Of a stretch of 64,000 nucleotides of DNA, positions 7,555 through 16,729 are shown piece after piece. Made by a program: the position numbers and the translations under genes. Location of the stretch: IMG/VR virus record IMGVR_UViG_3300045988_147522; one strand, given 5' to 3'. The notes below the pieces were generated by a model. The model saw nothing but the letters and a program-made list of their open reading frames with translations, searched no databases and had not been told where the DNA came from. Position 1 is the first letter of the stretch, and every line of letters starts with the position of its first letter. This stretch comes from a virus.

Positions 7555-8180
7555 TGGTTTCATATAATACACAAATTGACAATACAACATTCTGCGAGAA
7601 ATTTAACACACATAAAGCAACGCTTATTCAGGACACAGACCGTTACCTAATTATTGATTGGCGAAGGGCTGATGGAAGCGGAGATTATTATGTGAATTAC
7701 ATAGTAGATAAGAAAAGAGGTAGTTTAATAGTTAGCGGTGATTTGGGTGATAGCATTGCTACTTGGTATAATAAGATTAAGCCGTCAGATCTTAAAAATT
7801 ATGTAAAAAATGATATTGGGTATTACATAAGCAAGATTCAAACAGCATCAGATTTGTTTTATTATGATGAAAAAAATGTTGTAGAGAGTATTAAATACAA
7901 TCTTGAGGATTTTGATTCCGATGACATAATATCTTCGTATAGCGACCATAGTTCGTGTTATATGGAATCGGAAGATGATGTTTGGGAAGAACTTGAACAT
8001 GAAGTTTCAAACTGCATTTACGGCGACAAGTTTATACCGTCAGAACTGATTGTAGATTTTTGTTCTGAACTTGATACTGATTACTTTGAGTGGCTTGATT
8101 CTTGTGGTAAACGAATACATCCTCGTGTTTATTTATGGGCAGAAGGATTTTATCGTGCATGTAATCAGCTTGGTATATAA
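7554..8180 (+). CDS. Hypothetical acidic protein
   Basis: TAATG overlap with the upstream gene. Alternative GTG start at 7545. Confidence 0.55.
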   Translation: MVSYNTQIDNTTFCEKFNTHKATLIQDTDRYLIIDWRRADGSGDYYVNYIVDKKRGSLIVSGDLGDSIATWYNKIKPSDLKNYVKNDIGYYISKIQTASDLFYYDEKNVVESIKYNLEDFDSDDIISSYSDHSSCYMESEDDVWEELEHEVSNCIYGDKFIPSELIVDFCSELDTDYFEWLDSCGKRIHPRVYLWAEGFYRACNQLGI

Positions 8181-8199
8181 TATGCAGAGGTAATTAACA

Positions 8200-8577
8200 A
8201 TGAAACTGTATGAAATATATCAAGGCGAACAATTAAAAATAGCTGAATTGATTTTGCAAAGGCGATCGCAAATGTTAGTACATTCTTATATTTATTATGA
8301 ATTAAATGATAATATGATATCAGATGCTACTTGGAGTAAATGGGCGGTAGAATTAGCTGATTTGCAAAATAAATATCCTGAGATAGCTAAAACAGTTAAA
8401 TGGTCAGAAGCATTTAAAGACTGGGACGGCAGTACAGGAGCATTTTTGCCTTTGCATAATGAATGGGTAATAACTAAAGCATATCAATTAACAGGTAGAG
8501 TGTTGCCTGATGTTTCAAAATCTGAAACCCCTAAAGTCAATAAAAAATCAAAAAATAAATCTAAGAAATTGTTTTAG
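8200..8577 (+). CDS. Hypothetical protein
   Basis: SD agagg. Ends in TAG followed by the next SD. Confidence 0.55.
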   Translation: MKLYEIYQGEQLKIAELILQRRSQMLVHSYIYYELNDNMISDATWSKWAVELADLQNKYPEIAKTVKWSEAFKDWDGSTGAFLPLHNEWVITKAYQLTGRVLPDVSKSETPKVNKKSKNKSKKLF

Positions 8578-8594
8578 AGTTTAAGGAGGATATA

Positions 8595-8846
8595 ATGGCA
8601 AAATTTGCGATAACTTATGAAAATGAAACAATCAAATATGAGCTTACTTTTAGAGACAAAGTGTATGATTTTACAATGTATAAAGATGATTGCGGTATGC
8701 ACTCTGATAAACAATTATTTAGCTATCAGTTGGAAAACGATGGTATTGACACCTCTGTGTTAGATTGGGATATAGATAATGTAGCATTTACAAACGATGA
8801 AGTAGAAATCTTTGATACACTTAAAATGTTAGAAACAATTGAGTAG
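8595..8846 (+). CDS. Hypothetical protein
   Basis: SD AAGGAGG. Confidence 0.55.
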   Translation: MAKFAITYENETIKYELTFRDKVYDFTMYKDDCGMHSDKQLFSYQLENDGIDTSVLDWDIDNVAFTNDEVEIFDTLKMLETIE

Positions 8847-8856
8847 GAGGTAAAAA

Positions 8857-10302
8857 ATGAAAATAGTTTATCACAATGACGCTGACGGCAAATGTGCAGG
8901 TTTCTGGGTTAAGGAACTTGCCTATGCAAAGGAACTCGCCTATGTAACAGAATATATCGGTTATATAAAAATGGATTATGGTAGAAAATTTCCATTTGAT
9001 AAAATTAAGAAAAATGAAACAGTATATATTGTTGATTACTCAATTGAACCAAATGAAATGGATAAACTTCTTGAAATCACACCAAATGTTACTTGGATCG
9101 ACCACCATATTTCAGCAATTAAAAAATATGAAAACTATGACAAAGAAATTCGTGGTGTCAGATATGATGGAGTAGCAGGCTGTATGCTCACATATTGTTA
9201 TTTGAAGCACATGACGAATGGTGGTATTGGTGACATTAAACCATTCGAGGAAAGTATGACGAAGGATGCTCCAATGTTTACAAAACTGATAGCTGATTAC
9301 GATGTATGGACTTTCAACTATGGACATTTAACTAAAGAATTTCACGCAGGATTTAAAGCAATGCCGAATACAGAACCAAACAGTAATTGCTGGCTGGAAT
9401 TAAATGATCCTGTATATGGTTATGGTGCTACAAACGCTTTAATCAAGGAAGGTGTTTCAAGAATTCAGTATCGCAAAGAAACAATGACACATTATTGTGA
9501 GGCTTTCGGTTTTGAGGTCATGTTTAACGGTTACAAATGCTTTGCTGTCAATATGGGAATGATAAGTAGTGACGATTTTGTTATTAATAACATTGACGAT
9601 TATGATATGCTGATTGGTTTTGCTTTCAATGGTCACGAATGGAGATATTCTCTGCGTTCAACAAAGGTTGATTGTTCAAAGGTTGCTATGTTGTATGGCG
9701 GTGGCGGTCATAAAGGTGCTGCTGGGTTTAATACCAAAGAATGTGTGCTGATTAATAATAATTGCAATCCAACCGATGATGAACTCGAACTGATTAACCG
9801 CTTTACAAGGCGAAATCTTGCAAAAAATGAGGTATATGCGTTTTCGGTTGTGCTGTGTGACAACGATGTTGACCGTGACGGCGAACGCTTTACCACAGAT
9901 TCGCTTTATGAGCTTGAAAAGCTTTTTGTCGGCAAGACAGGAATTATTGACCACAATCCGAGTGCCGCAAGAATTTTCAGTTGTAAGGTTGAGAAAATTG
10001 ATGGTCAGAAAACGGCTTTGGGTGACGATTACTACAGGCTCAAGGCAAGGGCATATCTTCCCGTTTGCGAGAGCAACAAGGATATTATCCTTGCGATTGA
10101 CAGCAGAATTATCAAGGAAGTAAGCATTGGCTGTGCCGTTGGCAGGATTGTGTGCAATGTGTGCGGTGAGAATATTGCGATGTGTACTCACAAAAGGGGT
10201 GAGGCTTACGGTTCAAAGCTTTGTTGCGGTGAACTTGTGAACCCGTATGACGCATACGAATGGAGCTTTGTTTTGCCATCAAAGGGAGAAAACAATGATT
10301 AA
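8857..10302 (+). CDS. DHH/DHHA1 phosphoesterase fused to a Cys-rich C-terminal domain
   Basis: DHH-family motifs HNDADGKCAG, IVDYS, WIDHH and GGGGHKGAAGF (DHHA1). The C-terminal ~170 aa (from about 9780) sits in visibly GC-richer DNA and carries CNVCGENIAMCTH. Confidence 0.7.
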   Translation: MKIVYHNDADGKCAGFWVKELAYAKELAYVTEYIGYIKMDYGRKFPFDKIKKNETVYIVDYSIEPNEMDKLLEITPNVTWIDHHISAIKKYENYDKEIRGVRYDGVAGCMLTYCYLKHMTNGGIGDIKPFEESMTKDAPMFTKLIADYDVWTFNYGHLTKEFHAGFKAMPNTEPNSNCWLELNDPVYGYGATNALIKEGVSRIQYRKETMTHYCEAFGFEVMFNGYKCFAVNMGMISSDDFVINNIDDYDMLIGFAFNGHEWRYSLRSTKVDCSKVAMLYGGGGHKGAAGFNTKECVLINNNCNPTDDELELINRFTRRNLAKNEVYAFSVVLCDNDVDRDGERFTTDSLYELEKLFVGKTGIIDHNPSAARIFSCKVEKIDGQKTALGDDYYRLKARAYLPVCESNKDIILAIDSRIIKEVSIGCAVGRIVCNVCGENIAMCTHKRGEAYGSKLCCGELVNPYDAYEWSFVLPSKGENND

Positions 10303-10501
10303 GATTATTAAAAACGGTACAGATTGTGTGACGAAATTGTTTCATCAGGATGACAGTTTAATTAAGTTTGAGTGCAGAATGTGTGGTTGCATTTTTGAAA
10401 CCGATATTTACTCGATTAGAGCTTTTAGCAACCCTGTATATAGAGAATCAGTTTGTCCACAATGCTTGTCAACCACTAAGAAACTCGGTGCAATTGGATA
10501 A
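10295..10501 (+). CDS. Small zinc-ribbon protein (MI[KQ]II[KR].G family, paralog 1 of 4)
   Basis: SD aagggag. Contains CRMCGC...CPQC. N-terminus resembles the ORFs at 42774, 43239 and 43490. Confidence 0.6.
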   Translation: MIKIIKNGTDCVTKLFHQDDSLIKFECRMCGCIFETDIYSIRAFSNPVYRESVCPQCLSTTKKLGAIG

Positions 10502-10531
10502 TAAAATACATATTTTAAGGAGGTGTAAGAA

Positions 10532-10765
10532 ATGGATATAACGACAATTATATCAATTGTGGTTTCGGCAGTTGCGGTAATAATTGCAATCGTTTGCGAT
10601 ATTTGTATTGCTGTAAATCACAAAAAATTAAAGAAAGCTGAAAGAAAAATAAAAAGCCTTGATATATACATAAAAACTACAAAAGCATATATGAATGCTC
10701 TTGAGCAGGATTACAGAGAGGTGATTAAGAAAACCGAGAGGGGGCAGTGTAATGTTAGATTGTGA
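10532..10765 (+). CDS. Small N-terminally membrane-anchored protein
   Basis: SD AAGGAGG. Hydrophobic N-terminus. Confidence 0.55.
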   Translation: MDITTIISIVVSAVAVIIAIVCDICIAVNHKKLKKAERKIKSLDIYIKTTKAYMNALEQDYREVIKKTERGQCNVRL

Positions 10766-11024
10766 AAGAGAAGTAATGAAAAATTTATCAAATGAGCAAT
10801 TGATTTACATTATTGAACAGTTACTTCATAGTCAAGGGTTGATTAGCACTATCTGTGTGGAAGAGTCTAAACGACATATAAACTCTGATGAAGCTGTTGA
10901 ACAAATTCGTCTGAGTCTTTACGATATGCCCAGCATAGACAGTAGAACTCTGCCTGCGTATATTGATATGCAATTAGGTAAAGTTACTGACGAAGAGTTT
11001 AGATGTATTTTTTGTGGTAAATAA
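10752..11024 (+). CDS. Hypothetical protein
   Basis: SD gaggggg. Confidence 0.5.
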   Translation: MLDCEREVMKNLSNEQLIYIIEQLLHSQGLISTICVEESKRHINSDEAVEQIRLSLYDMPSIDSRTLPAYIDMQLGKVTDEEFRCIFCGK

Positions 11025-11041
11025 GGAGGATTGGATAAGAA

Positions 11042-11230
11042 TTGAGTAAGTGTATGTCATGTCTACATAAACAAATATGTCGATATAACGATGGAGTTAA
11101 TGAATGGTGCAAGTCAACATACAAATGTCCTCACTTTAACGATGACGATGTGTCATTTTGGCTTCATGCCGACATTGACGATATTATGGACTATATCAAG
11201 GCTAAGAATAATGTTACAAATACGCAGTAA
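11042..11230 (+). CDS. Small Cys-rich protein
   Basis: TTG start after AAGGAGGA. Alternative ATG at 11054. Confidence 0.45.
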   Translation: MSKCMSCLHKQICRYNDGVNEWCKSTYKCPHFNDDDVSFWLHADIDDIMDYIKAKNNVTNTQ

Positions 11231-11242
11231 AGGAGTGGAATA

Positions 11243-11395
11243 ATGTTACAGTTTGTATGTTTTGTTATTGGAGCGATATTCGGTGGTTGTTTTGCGGCTA
11301 CTGTAATGGCACTTATTTTTGCCCACACCGATTTATATGTAAAAGATGGTGATGATAACAATGAAGAAAAGTCTCCACAAGAGGGTGAAAGATAA
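11243..11395 (+). CDS. Small membrane protein (50 aa)
   Basis: SD aaggagtgg. Hydrophobic N-terminal half. Below the track cutoff. Confidence 0.5.
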   Translation: MLQFVCFVIGAIFGGCFAATVMALIFAHTDLYVKDGDDNNEEKSPQEGER

Positions 11396-11944
11396 ATGTC
11401 AATGTGGACTCACTTGCAAGGTGTGATTGAAGTTCGACCAATGTGTAGGACAGACATTGAGAGTAGATATATCTTAGAAACTGTGTTGGCTCATTTGCCG
11501 AAAGTCACAGGTAGTGAAAGGGATATGCGAATTAATATTGTTCAGCCTGATTTTACTGCTAAATCTTACTCGGAACACACTTATGACGAATTTGGCAATT
11601 GGACAAATTTAGGAGAAACTTGTGGAAGAGATTATGACAAACAGTATGCTTATTTACTAGTTGTCTATGGCGATTTTCGTGACCGAGTATTTGAAGAAAC
11701 TTTTTTAGAATTTGAAAAGTGGTTAGAGCGTTTAGCTAAAAGAATCTATATTGAGAATGGCGAGATGATTGTAAAACTTGATGGCTTTGATGAGGATTAT
11801 ATTGAGAAGTCTTACATTTTTACAAATGATAACTATAAATATTCAAATATTTATGAGCAGGAGGATAATTGGTGTGACTATCTTGTATGGGGTGATGGTA
11901 CGATAAAATTTCCAGATGAACTTTGTAAAAAATATCATAAGTAA
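11396..11944 (+). CDS. Hypothetical protein
   Basis: SD agagggtg. Abuts the upstream stop. Confidence 0.55.
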   Translation: MSMWTHLQGVIEVRPMCRTDIESRYILETVLAHLPKVTGSERDMRINIVQPDFTAKSYSEHTYDEFGNWTNLGETCGRDYDKQYAYLLVVYGDFRDRVFEETFLEFEKWLERLAKRIYIENGEMIVKLDGFDEDYIEKSYIFTNDNYKYSNIYEQEDNWCDYLVWGDGTIKFPDELCKKYHK

Positions 11945-11987
11945 TTTATAGGTTTTTGCTAATGCAAATAAAAGAGGAGTTTTAAAC

Positions 11988-12617
11988 ATGCCAACAGGAT
12001 TTACATCTTTTATTGAAAATGGAACAATAACAACAGGAAAAGATTTTCTTTTACTCTGTTCTCGCAATTTTGGTTTAGCAGCAGAAATAAGCAGAGATAA
12101 AGGGTTAAAAACACCTATACCAACGCATTTCACACCCGATAACTTTTATCAAAAACATTATGAAGAATCTGTAGAGAAATATAAGAAATTTTCTCAAATG
12201 ACAGATACAGAGTTTGCTAAATATGTGCGTACAGAACATGATTCGTGTATAGATAGAGCCAAACAGTGTTTAAATGAGATGATTGCAAAAGATAAAGTGT
12301 ATCAACACATCAAACAAGAAGTGGAGAAATGGAAACCACCGACTGACCTGCATGAAAACATTAAGACATTTGCGCTAAACCAGATTGACATGTGCATAAG
12401 TACAGATCACGACTATGATTATTATATGCGAATTATAAACAAGACATTTGACGATACTCCAGAAAGTGTCAAAGAATATAAGAAAAACTTTTTGAAGTCG
12501 TTAAAGGATGAAATACGGCAAGCTAAATCAGATCTGGACAGAGAAATCAAGCGAGTCGAAGATTACAACATTTTTATGAAACAGTTTTTGGAAAGTTTGG
12601 AAACAATAAAAGTATAG
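11988..12617 (+). CDS. Hypothetical protein
   Basis: SD agaggag. Confidence 0.55.
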   Translation: MPTGFTSFIENGTITTGKDFLLLCSRNFGLAAEISRDKGLKTPIPTHFTPDNFYQKHYEESVEKYKKFSQMTDTEFAKYVRTEHDSCIDRAKQCLNEMIAKDKVYQHIKQEVEKWKPPTDLHENIKTFALNQIDMCISTDHDYDYYMRIINKTFDDTPESVKEYKKNFLKSLKDEIRQAKSDLDREIKRVEDYNIFMKQFLESLETIKV

Positions 12618-12728
12618 TTTTACAGCTAAACCCGTGATTCTCGTTTTTAACCCCGAATAATTGCATTTATAGCAGTAAAACAGGCAGATAAAAACATATA
12701 TTGCGTAATTAACCAAAGAGGTGAAAGT

Positions 12729-13076
12729 GTGAAAATTTATATTATTACAAAAGGATGTTATTCAGACTATCATATTTGTAATGTAACAACCGATTATGAA
12801 AAAGCAAAACGATACAAAGAAGCTTACTCTGATAATTGGGGGGAAGCTTGTATTGAAGTATATGAAGATGGAGAAAATGGTAAAGACAACTATTGTTGGG
12901 CGTATAATCCTGTTAGCAATACAGCAGAACTAAGTGACTACAACGAAAAGGAAATCATGAAAAATAGAGAAGGTAAAATTTGCAGGATATATATTTACGC
13001 TCCAGACGAAAAACACGCCATTAAAATAGCACAAGATATGATTGCTAAACATAAAGCCGAACAGGCTGGATTGTAA
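12729..13076 (+). CDS. Hypothetical protein
   Basis: GTG start after aaagaggtg. Confidence 0.5.
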   Translation: MKIYIITKGCYSDYHICNVTTDYEKAKRYKEAYSDNWGEACIEVYEDGENGKDNYCWAYNPVSNTAELSDYNEKEIMKNREGKICRIYIYAPDEKHAIKIAQDMIAKHKAEQAGL

Positions 13077-13106
13077 ATCGTAAATACATATAAGAATTTG
13101 AAACAA

Positions 13107-13127
13107 GGGAGAGTACGCTCTCCCTTT
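13107..13127 (+). terminator. Hairpin terminator (gggagag-tacg-ctctccc, then ttt)
   Basis: 7-bp GC-rich stem followed by a short T run. Lies immediately upstream of leader copy B. Confidence 0.5.
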
Positions 13128-13128
13128 G

Positions 13129-13447
13129 GCATTTGCATTGTCGAAAGACTGCTTTACTTAAAGTAAAGTATTAGAAAGGTTAGAAGCAGAAGACACCCGG
13201 TAAGAATGATGCAGAATTCTCAAGTGATGCAGGCAGGTTCGACTGCGACCAAGAAAGCGAGAGATAACAATCAAGCCCAAGATTCGCTGCTGAAATGGAT
13301 TTACAAACCCACAATGTACAACTGAAAAAGCCACATACTGGTTACGATTACCTCAGCAATCCCAATGACCAAGCTTCCAGCATTCGTCATCTGGCTGCCA
13401 CCATCTGTATTTAGAAATGCCAAAATCTAAGGAGGAATTAAGTAAAT
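13129..13447 (+). repeat. Copy B of the ~315-nt composite leader element
   Basis: Same conserved 5' arm, the 24-nt block caatcccaatgaccaagcttccag and the 33-nt SD-proximal block as copy A. Confidence 0.9.
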
Positions 13448-13861
13448 ATGTTTACCTTAACTAAAATTGATAGTATACCAGACAATTATCAAAAATATCA
13501 TATACATAATAATTTACTAATATCTAATAGAATACGAAGTCATCTGGTTCAGAGATTTCCTGATTGTCATTGGGAAGTAACAAACAATGATATTTATATT
13601 AATGTGAGTCTTAAATCTTCACCTTGGGAGAAAAATAGTAAAATTGTTCATGCGATTGCTGATTATGCGTATTATTATGCAGATAGCTATAATTACGATC
13701 ACACTGATATAAATTCTGATTATTGTAATATGAATTTTTTCGGGGTGTACAAGAACAATATTATTGCGAAAGATTATACACAATTAGGAGCAACAAGCAA
13801 AACTCAACAGATGGAGCTTGAATTTATGCGTCAGTATAATGAAACATTTGCAAATGAATAA
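13448..13861 (+). CDS. Hypothetical protein (single gene behind leader copy B)
   Basis: Preceded by the leader SD. Flanked by terminators at 13107 and 13871. Confidence 0.6.
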   Translation: MFTLTKIDSIPDNYQKYHIHNNLLISNRIRSHLVQRFPDCHWEVTNNDIYINVSLKSSPWEKNSKIVHAIADYAYYYADSYNYDHTDINSDYCNMNFFGVYKNNIIAKDYTQLGATSKTQQMELEFMRQYNETFANE

Positions 13862-13870
13862 GAAATGAAA

Positions 13871-13900
13871 CAGCGAAGATTTTTGTCTTCGCTGTTTTTG
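13871..13900 (+). terminator. Rho-independent terminator
   Basis: cagcgaaga / tcttcgctg 9-bp stem, 6-nt loop, then TTTTTGTT. Confidence 0.75.
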
Positions 13901-13916
13901 TTGTAAGGAGACATCT

Positions 13917-14297
13917 ATGGAGAAATACAATTATGTCGAAGCAGTTAAAGAAAATGTCAGAAGTTATATTAGAGATAATATAAAAATTCTGGAATACATA
14001 AGCAGAGACGAAAAAGAAGAGATAATTGGTAATGGGGTACTAACTGAATATATGAATCCTTTGTTAGTGCAAGCAAATAAAAAGTTCGCAGACATTGAAA
14101 ATTGGACAGCCGAAGAACATTTGTGTCACAATTTTGATTTGCTATTCAAGGCAGTGAATGTGTTTGGTTTAAATTTTGAACAGACATTGACAGGACAACC
14201 GGCATATGCAGATGGCATAGTAAGATGTTATGTTGTAGAAAGAGCGGTATCTGAGGTTCTTGATGAGTATGAAGATTCATTAGATACGGAGGAATGA
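13917..14297 (+). CDS. Hypothetical protein
   Basis: SD aaggaga. Confidence 0.55.
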   Translation: MEKYNYVEAVKENVRSYIRDNIKILEYISRDEKEEIIGNGVLTEYMNPLLVQANKKFADIENWTAEEHLCHNFDLLFKAVNVFGLNFEQTLTGQPAYADGIVRCYVVERAVSEVLDEYEDSLDTEE

Positions 14298-14299
14298 AT

Positions 14300-14539
14300 A
14301 TGACAGATGTTTACAAGATATTGAACGATGGTACAGTAAACAAACACACATTTGCACTATCGGCAAAACAAGCTCTAATTGCTTGTATCATGCAAGAGAG
14401 GTTTCATAACTACAACACTTGGGAATATCCATGTGACATTAACGGCATTGTGTCTCACAAAAGAGGAAATGTTGTTCGTTTTGTGTATGACTGTGGTGAT
14501 TATTGCTTTTGGTGTAAACAAAAGAATGGGGTGTTGTAA
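14300..14539 (+). CDS. Hypothetical protein
   Basis: This ATG is better spaced from acggagga than the track start at 14294. Confidence 0.5.
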   Translation: MTDVYKILNDGTVNKHTFALSAKQALIACIMQERFHNYNTWEYPCDINGIVSHKRGNVVRFVYDCGDYCFWCKQKNGVL

Positions 14540-14827
14540 ATGAGTAAAATTATTTGTTTTGAAAAATGGGATTATGATTGTGACACGCTTAACCAGATGA
14601 GCTTTGAGTTTGATGATTCTATTACAATAAATCAGATTTCTAAGTTGGCAGACAGGATTTTAAATGACTACTACGATGAATCAGAAACCAATGACGAAAT
14701 CGAACTTGATGAAGTTTATATTTATAACAAATGTTATGAATTTTGCAAAGAGCAAGGACTTATATTTAACACAATCAAACCTGATATTACTGTCAGTTTA
14801 GACACACAGAAGGTGGAATCAATATGA
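14540..14827 (+). CDS. Hypothetical acidic protein
   Basis: TAAATG junction with the upstream gene. Confidence 0.55.
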   Translation: MSKIICFEKWDYDCDTLNQMSFEFDDSITINQISKLADRILNDYYDESETNDEIELDEVYIYNKCYEFCKEQGLIFNTIKPDITVSLDTQKVESI

Positions 14828-15235
14828 AAATATACGCAATTTTCCCTAATCCAAAAAGTGGATTAATTGAAGAACAGTCAATTGAAACTGAAAATTATAC
14901 ACAAGATGAATTAAGAGATATAGCATTTTATGACATTTTTTTTCAATAATTGGGGACGAGAAACTGACGCTGATACATTGTCTGATTATAGACTTAAAAT
15001 AAGTTTAGATGTTTACGATTTTGCAGGAACTAAATACTTGTATGTAGGAAATAAATATATGGATATTATTTCTGAAGATGACTTGGAAGAAATAACTGAT
15101 GTCGTAATACAAGAACTTACAGAAATTGCTGAATCTATATGGGAAGAAAAGGAATGGGAGGAAACTAAAACTCTCAAACACGCTGAAAGTTACATCAGAA
15201 AGTTACATCAATTTCATAAAAGAAGAATTTTATAA
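14824..15235 (+). pseudogene. Gene split by a frameshift at a T8 run (14936-14943)
   Basis: The 42-codon ORF 14824-14949 is ATGA-coupled to the upstream gene. ORF 14930-15235 has no convincing SD. Removing one T gives continuous ...AFYDIFFNNWGRETD... Confidence 0.55.
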
Positions 15236-15300
15236 ATAATTAAAATACGCTGTGATACCGGCGAAACGGTCAGAAAGGTTAAAATATTGCAGGTAAAACA

Positions 15301-15468
15301 ATGTTAAAAGCAACAAACATATTATGGGATACTGATTATGATGATGACGGAGAATTGCCGACAGAAATTGATATACCTGAAGGAATGACAGACGAGGACG
15401 AAATCTCAGACTATCTATCGGAAGTGACAGGATATTGCCATCAGGGCTATGTATTGGAGGGAAAATAA
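15301..15468 (+). CDS. Small protein (55 aa, ILWDTDYDDD...GYCHQGY)
   Basis: Uninterrupted ORF in an otherwise unassigned gap. Below the track cutoff. Confidence 0.45.
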   Translation: MLKATNILWDTDYDDDGELPTEIDIPEGMTDEDEISDYLSEVTGYCHQGYVLEGK

Positions 15469-15469
15469 A

Positions 15470-15658
15470 ATGCCAAAAGAATTGAAAACAGCTATTATCA
15501 AATGGCTTTTGGAAAATCAAAATCAGTGGCAGAGGGTGAATGCTTGCACGGAAGCATTCAGAGAATATATTTACAATAAAAACGGAAATTATCTCATCGG
15601 CGGAGAAGCCGTGGTGGAATTTATCGGGGCAGCCGACAAACTAATTTACAGTAAGTAA
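15470..15658 (+). CDS. Hypothetical protein
   Basis: ATG after ggaggga. Confidence 0.5.
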   Translation: MPKELKTAIIKWLLENQNQWQRVNACTEAFREYIYNKNGNYLIGGEAVVEFIGAADKLIYSK

Positions 15659-15671
15659 AGGAGAAAACGAA

Positions 15672-16166
15672 ATGAAAACACTTGCAGATTTTAAACGAGA
15701 TGCAGCAAGCGGAAAAATCAAACTTGAAATGGTGGAGCGCTTTGGCAAAACAGGAGAAGAAATCCCGGAAAGATGTAGAGGAATCAGAGCAATTCAATCT
15801 GTAAATACCGTAGAAATTATACTTGAAACCGCCGATGGATTGACAAGCAGTTTGGATTTTCCTCCAGCAAAGTTAATCGAATATGACGGAAAATCCTTGA
15901 CCATCTATGAGAGAGGTGAAAGGGATTTGACCGAGCAGGAGAGGAAAATTCTTGCAGACTGGCAGAAAATCGAGGATGACTACTACAAGCAGAATCTATA
16001 CGGTGATGCCTACTGGAAAAAGAAGGACTATTTCAAGAAATGCCCTTGCCCTTGGCTTGCTGGTTATGAACCCGTAAAAGGCAAGTATTATAACTACAAC
16101 GGAAAAATTCTTGATAATCAGGTTAGAGGAAATGCAATTTTGAAGTACAATGTGTATGAACAGTAA
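15672..16166 (+). CDS. Hypothetical protein
   Basis: SD aaaggaga. Locally GC-richer DNA. Confidence 0.55.
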   Translation: MKTLADFKRDAASGKIKLEMVERFGKTGEEIPERCRGIRAIQSVNTVEIILETADGLTSSLDFPPAKLIEYDGKSLTIYERGERDLTEQERKILADWQKIEDDYYKQNLYGDAYWKKKDYFKKCPCPWLAGYEPVKGKYYNYNGKILDNQVRGNAILKYNVYEQ

Positions 16167-16177
16167 GGGGTGAAAAT

Positions 16178-16441
16178 ATGAACAACAGAGATATTGAAAT
16201 CCTAAAACAAAACTACGAAAGGTATAGAGAAAAGTTAAAAAATAGCATATACAAAGAGGATATGGATATATCAAGCAGTTGCTTTGTATCCTTCGGAACA
16301 TCTGGCTTGACGGCTTTCAAATTCAACAGAGCAAAAAGCAGATGGAAGAAGAAAACAATCAATGACTGGAAAAATCTTTCTTTTGATGAGTTTATGAAGA
16401 AGTTTAGAGAAACGGAATGGGAGTGGGAATGCAGGGGTTAG
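16178..16441 (+). CDS. Hypothetical protein
   Basis: SD aaggggtg. Confidence 0.5.
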   Translation: MNNRDIEILKQNYERYREKLKNSIYKEDMDISSSCFVSFGTSGLTAFKFNRAKSRWKKKTINDWKNLSFDEFMKKFRETEWEWECRG

Positions 16442-16466
16442 AAATTATCGAGGAGGAATAATCAAA

Positions 16467-16691
16467 ATGTTTGTTGTGAAGTATCACGCAAAAGGACATC
16501 GGACGAAATATCTGGGAGACAAAAAGGGAGTTGTAAATAAAAGATGTGCTATTGCTTTTGGTGAGGGCTTGCGGGAGCAATTCGAGCAGGTAGAGTCCGA
16601 GCATTGCACTTTGGAAGATATAAAGGTATCCGATACTGCTGAAATGATGTATGAAAATAGTTATATCAAAGTCGAAAACATTAAATGGTAA
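16467..16691 (+). CDS. Hypothetical protein
   Basis: SD gaggagg. Confidence 0.5.
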   Translation: MFVVKYHAKGHRTKYLGDKKGVVNKRCAIAFGEGLREQFEQVESEHCTLEDIKVSDTAEMMYENSYIKVENIKW

Positions 16692-16729
16692 TAAAACTAA
16701 TATTTCATTGATATTAAGGAGGAATTATA

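Noticed and set aside
9676-10345. Multiple long ORFs on both strands (9676-10191, 9708-9896, 9818-10123, 10112-10345)
   Set aside because: They are artefacts of locally elevated GC inside the C-terminal domain of the 8857-10302 gene.
1-13447. Diversity-generating retroelement: an RT plus two related repeats read as TR/VR
   Set aside because: The differences between the copies are extensive and not confined to adenines. Neither copy lies at the 3' end of a target gene. The RT has the QGxxSP motif rather than the DGR-type motif.
15240-16700. GC-richer block as an independent mobile insertion
   Set aside because: I found no flanking repeats, integrase or tRNA. The genes stay co-directional and tightly packed. 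It may be simple mosaicism, and I cannot quantify the shift without computing it.
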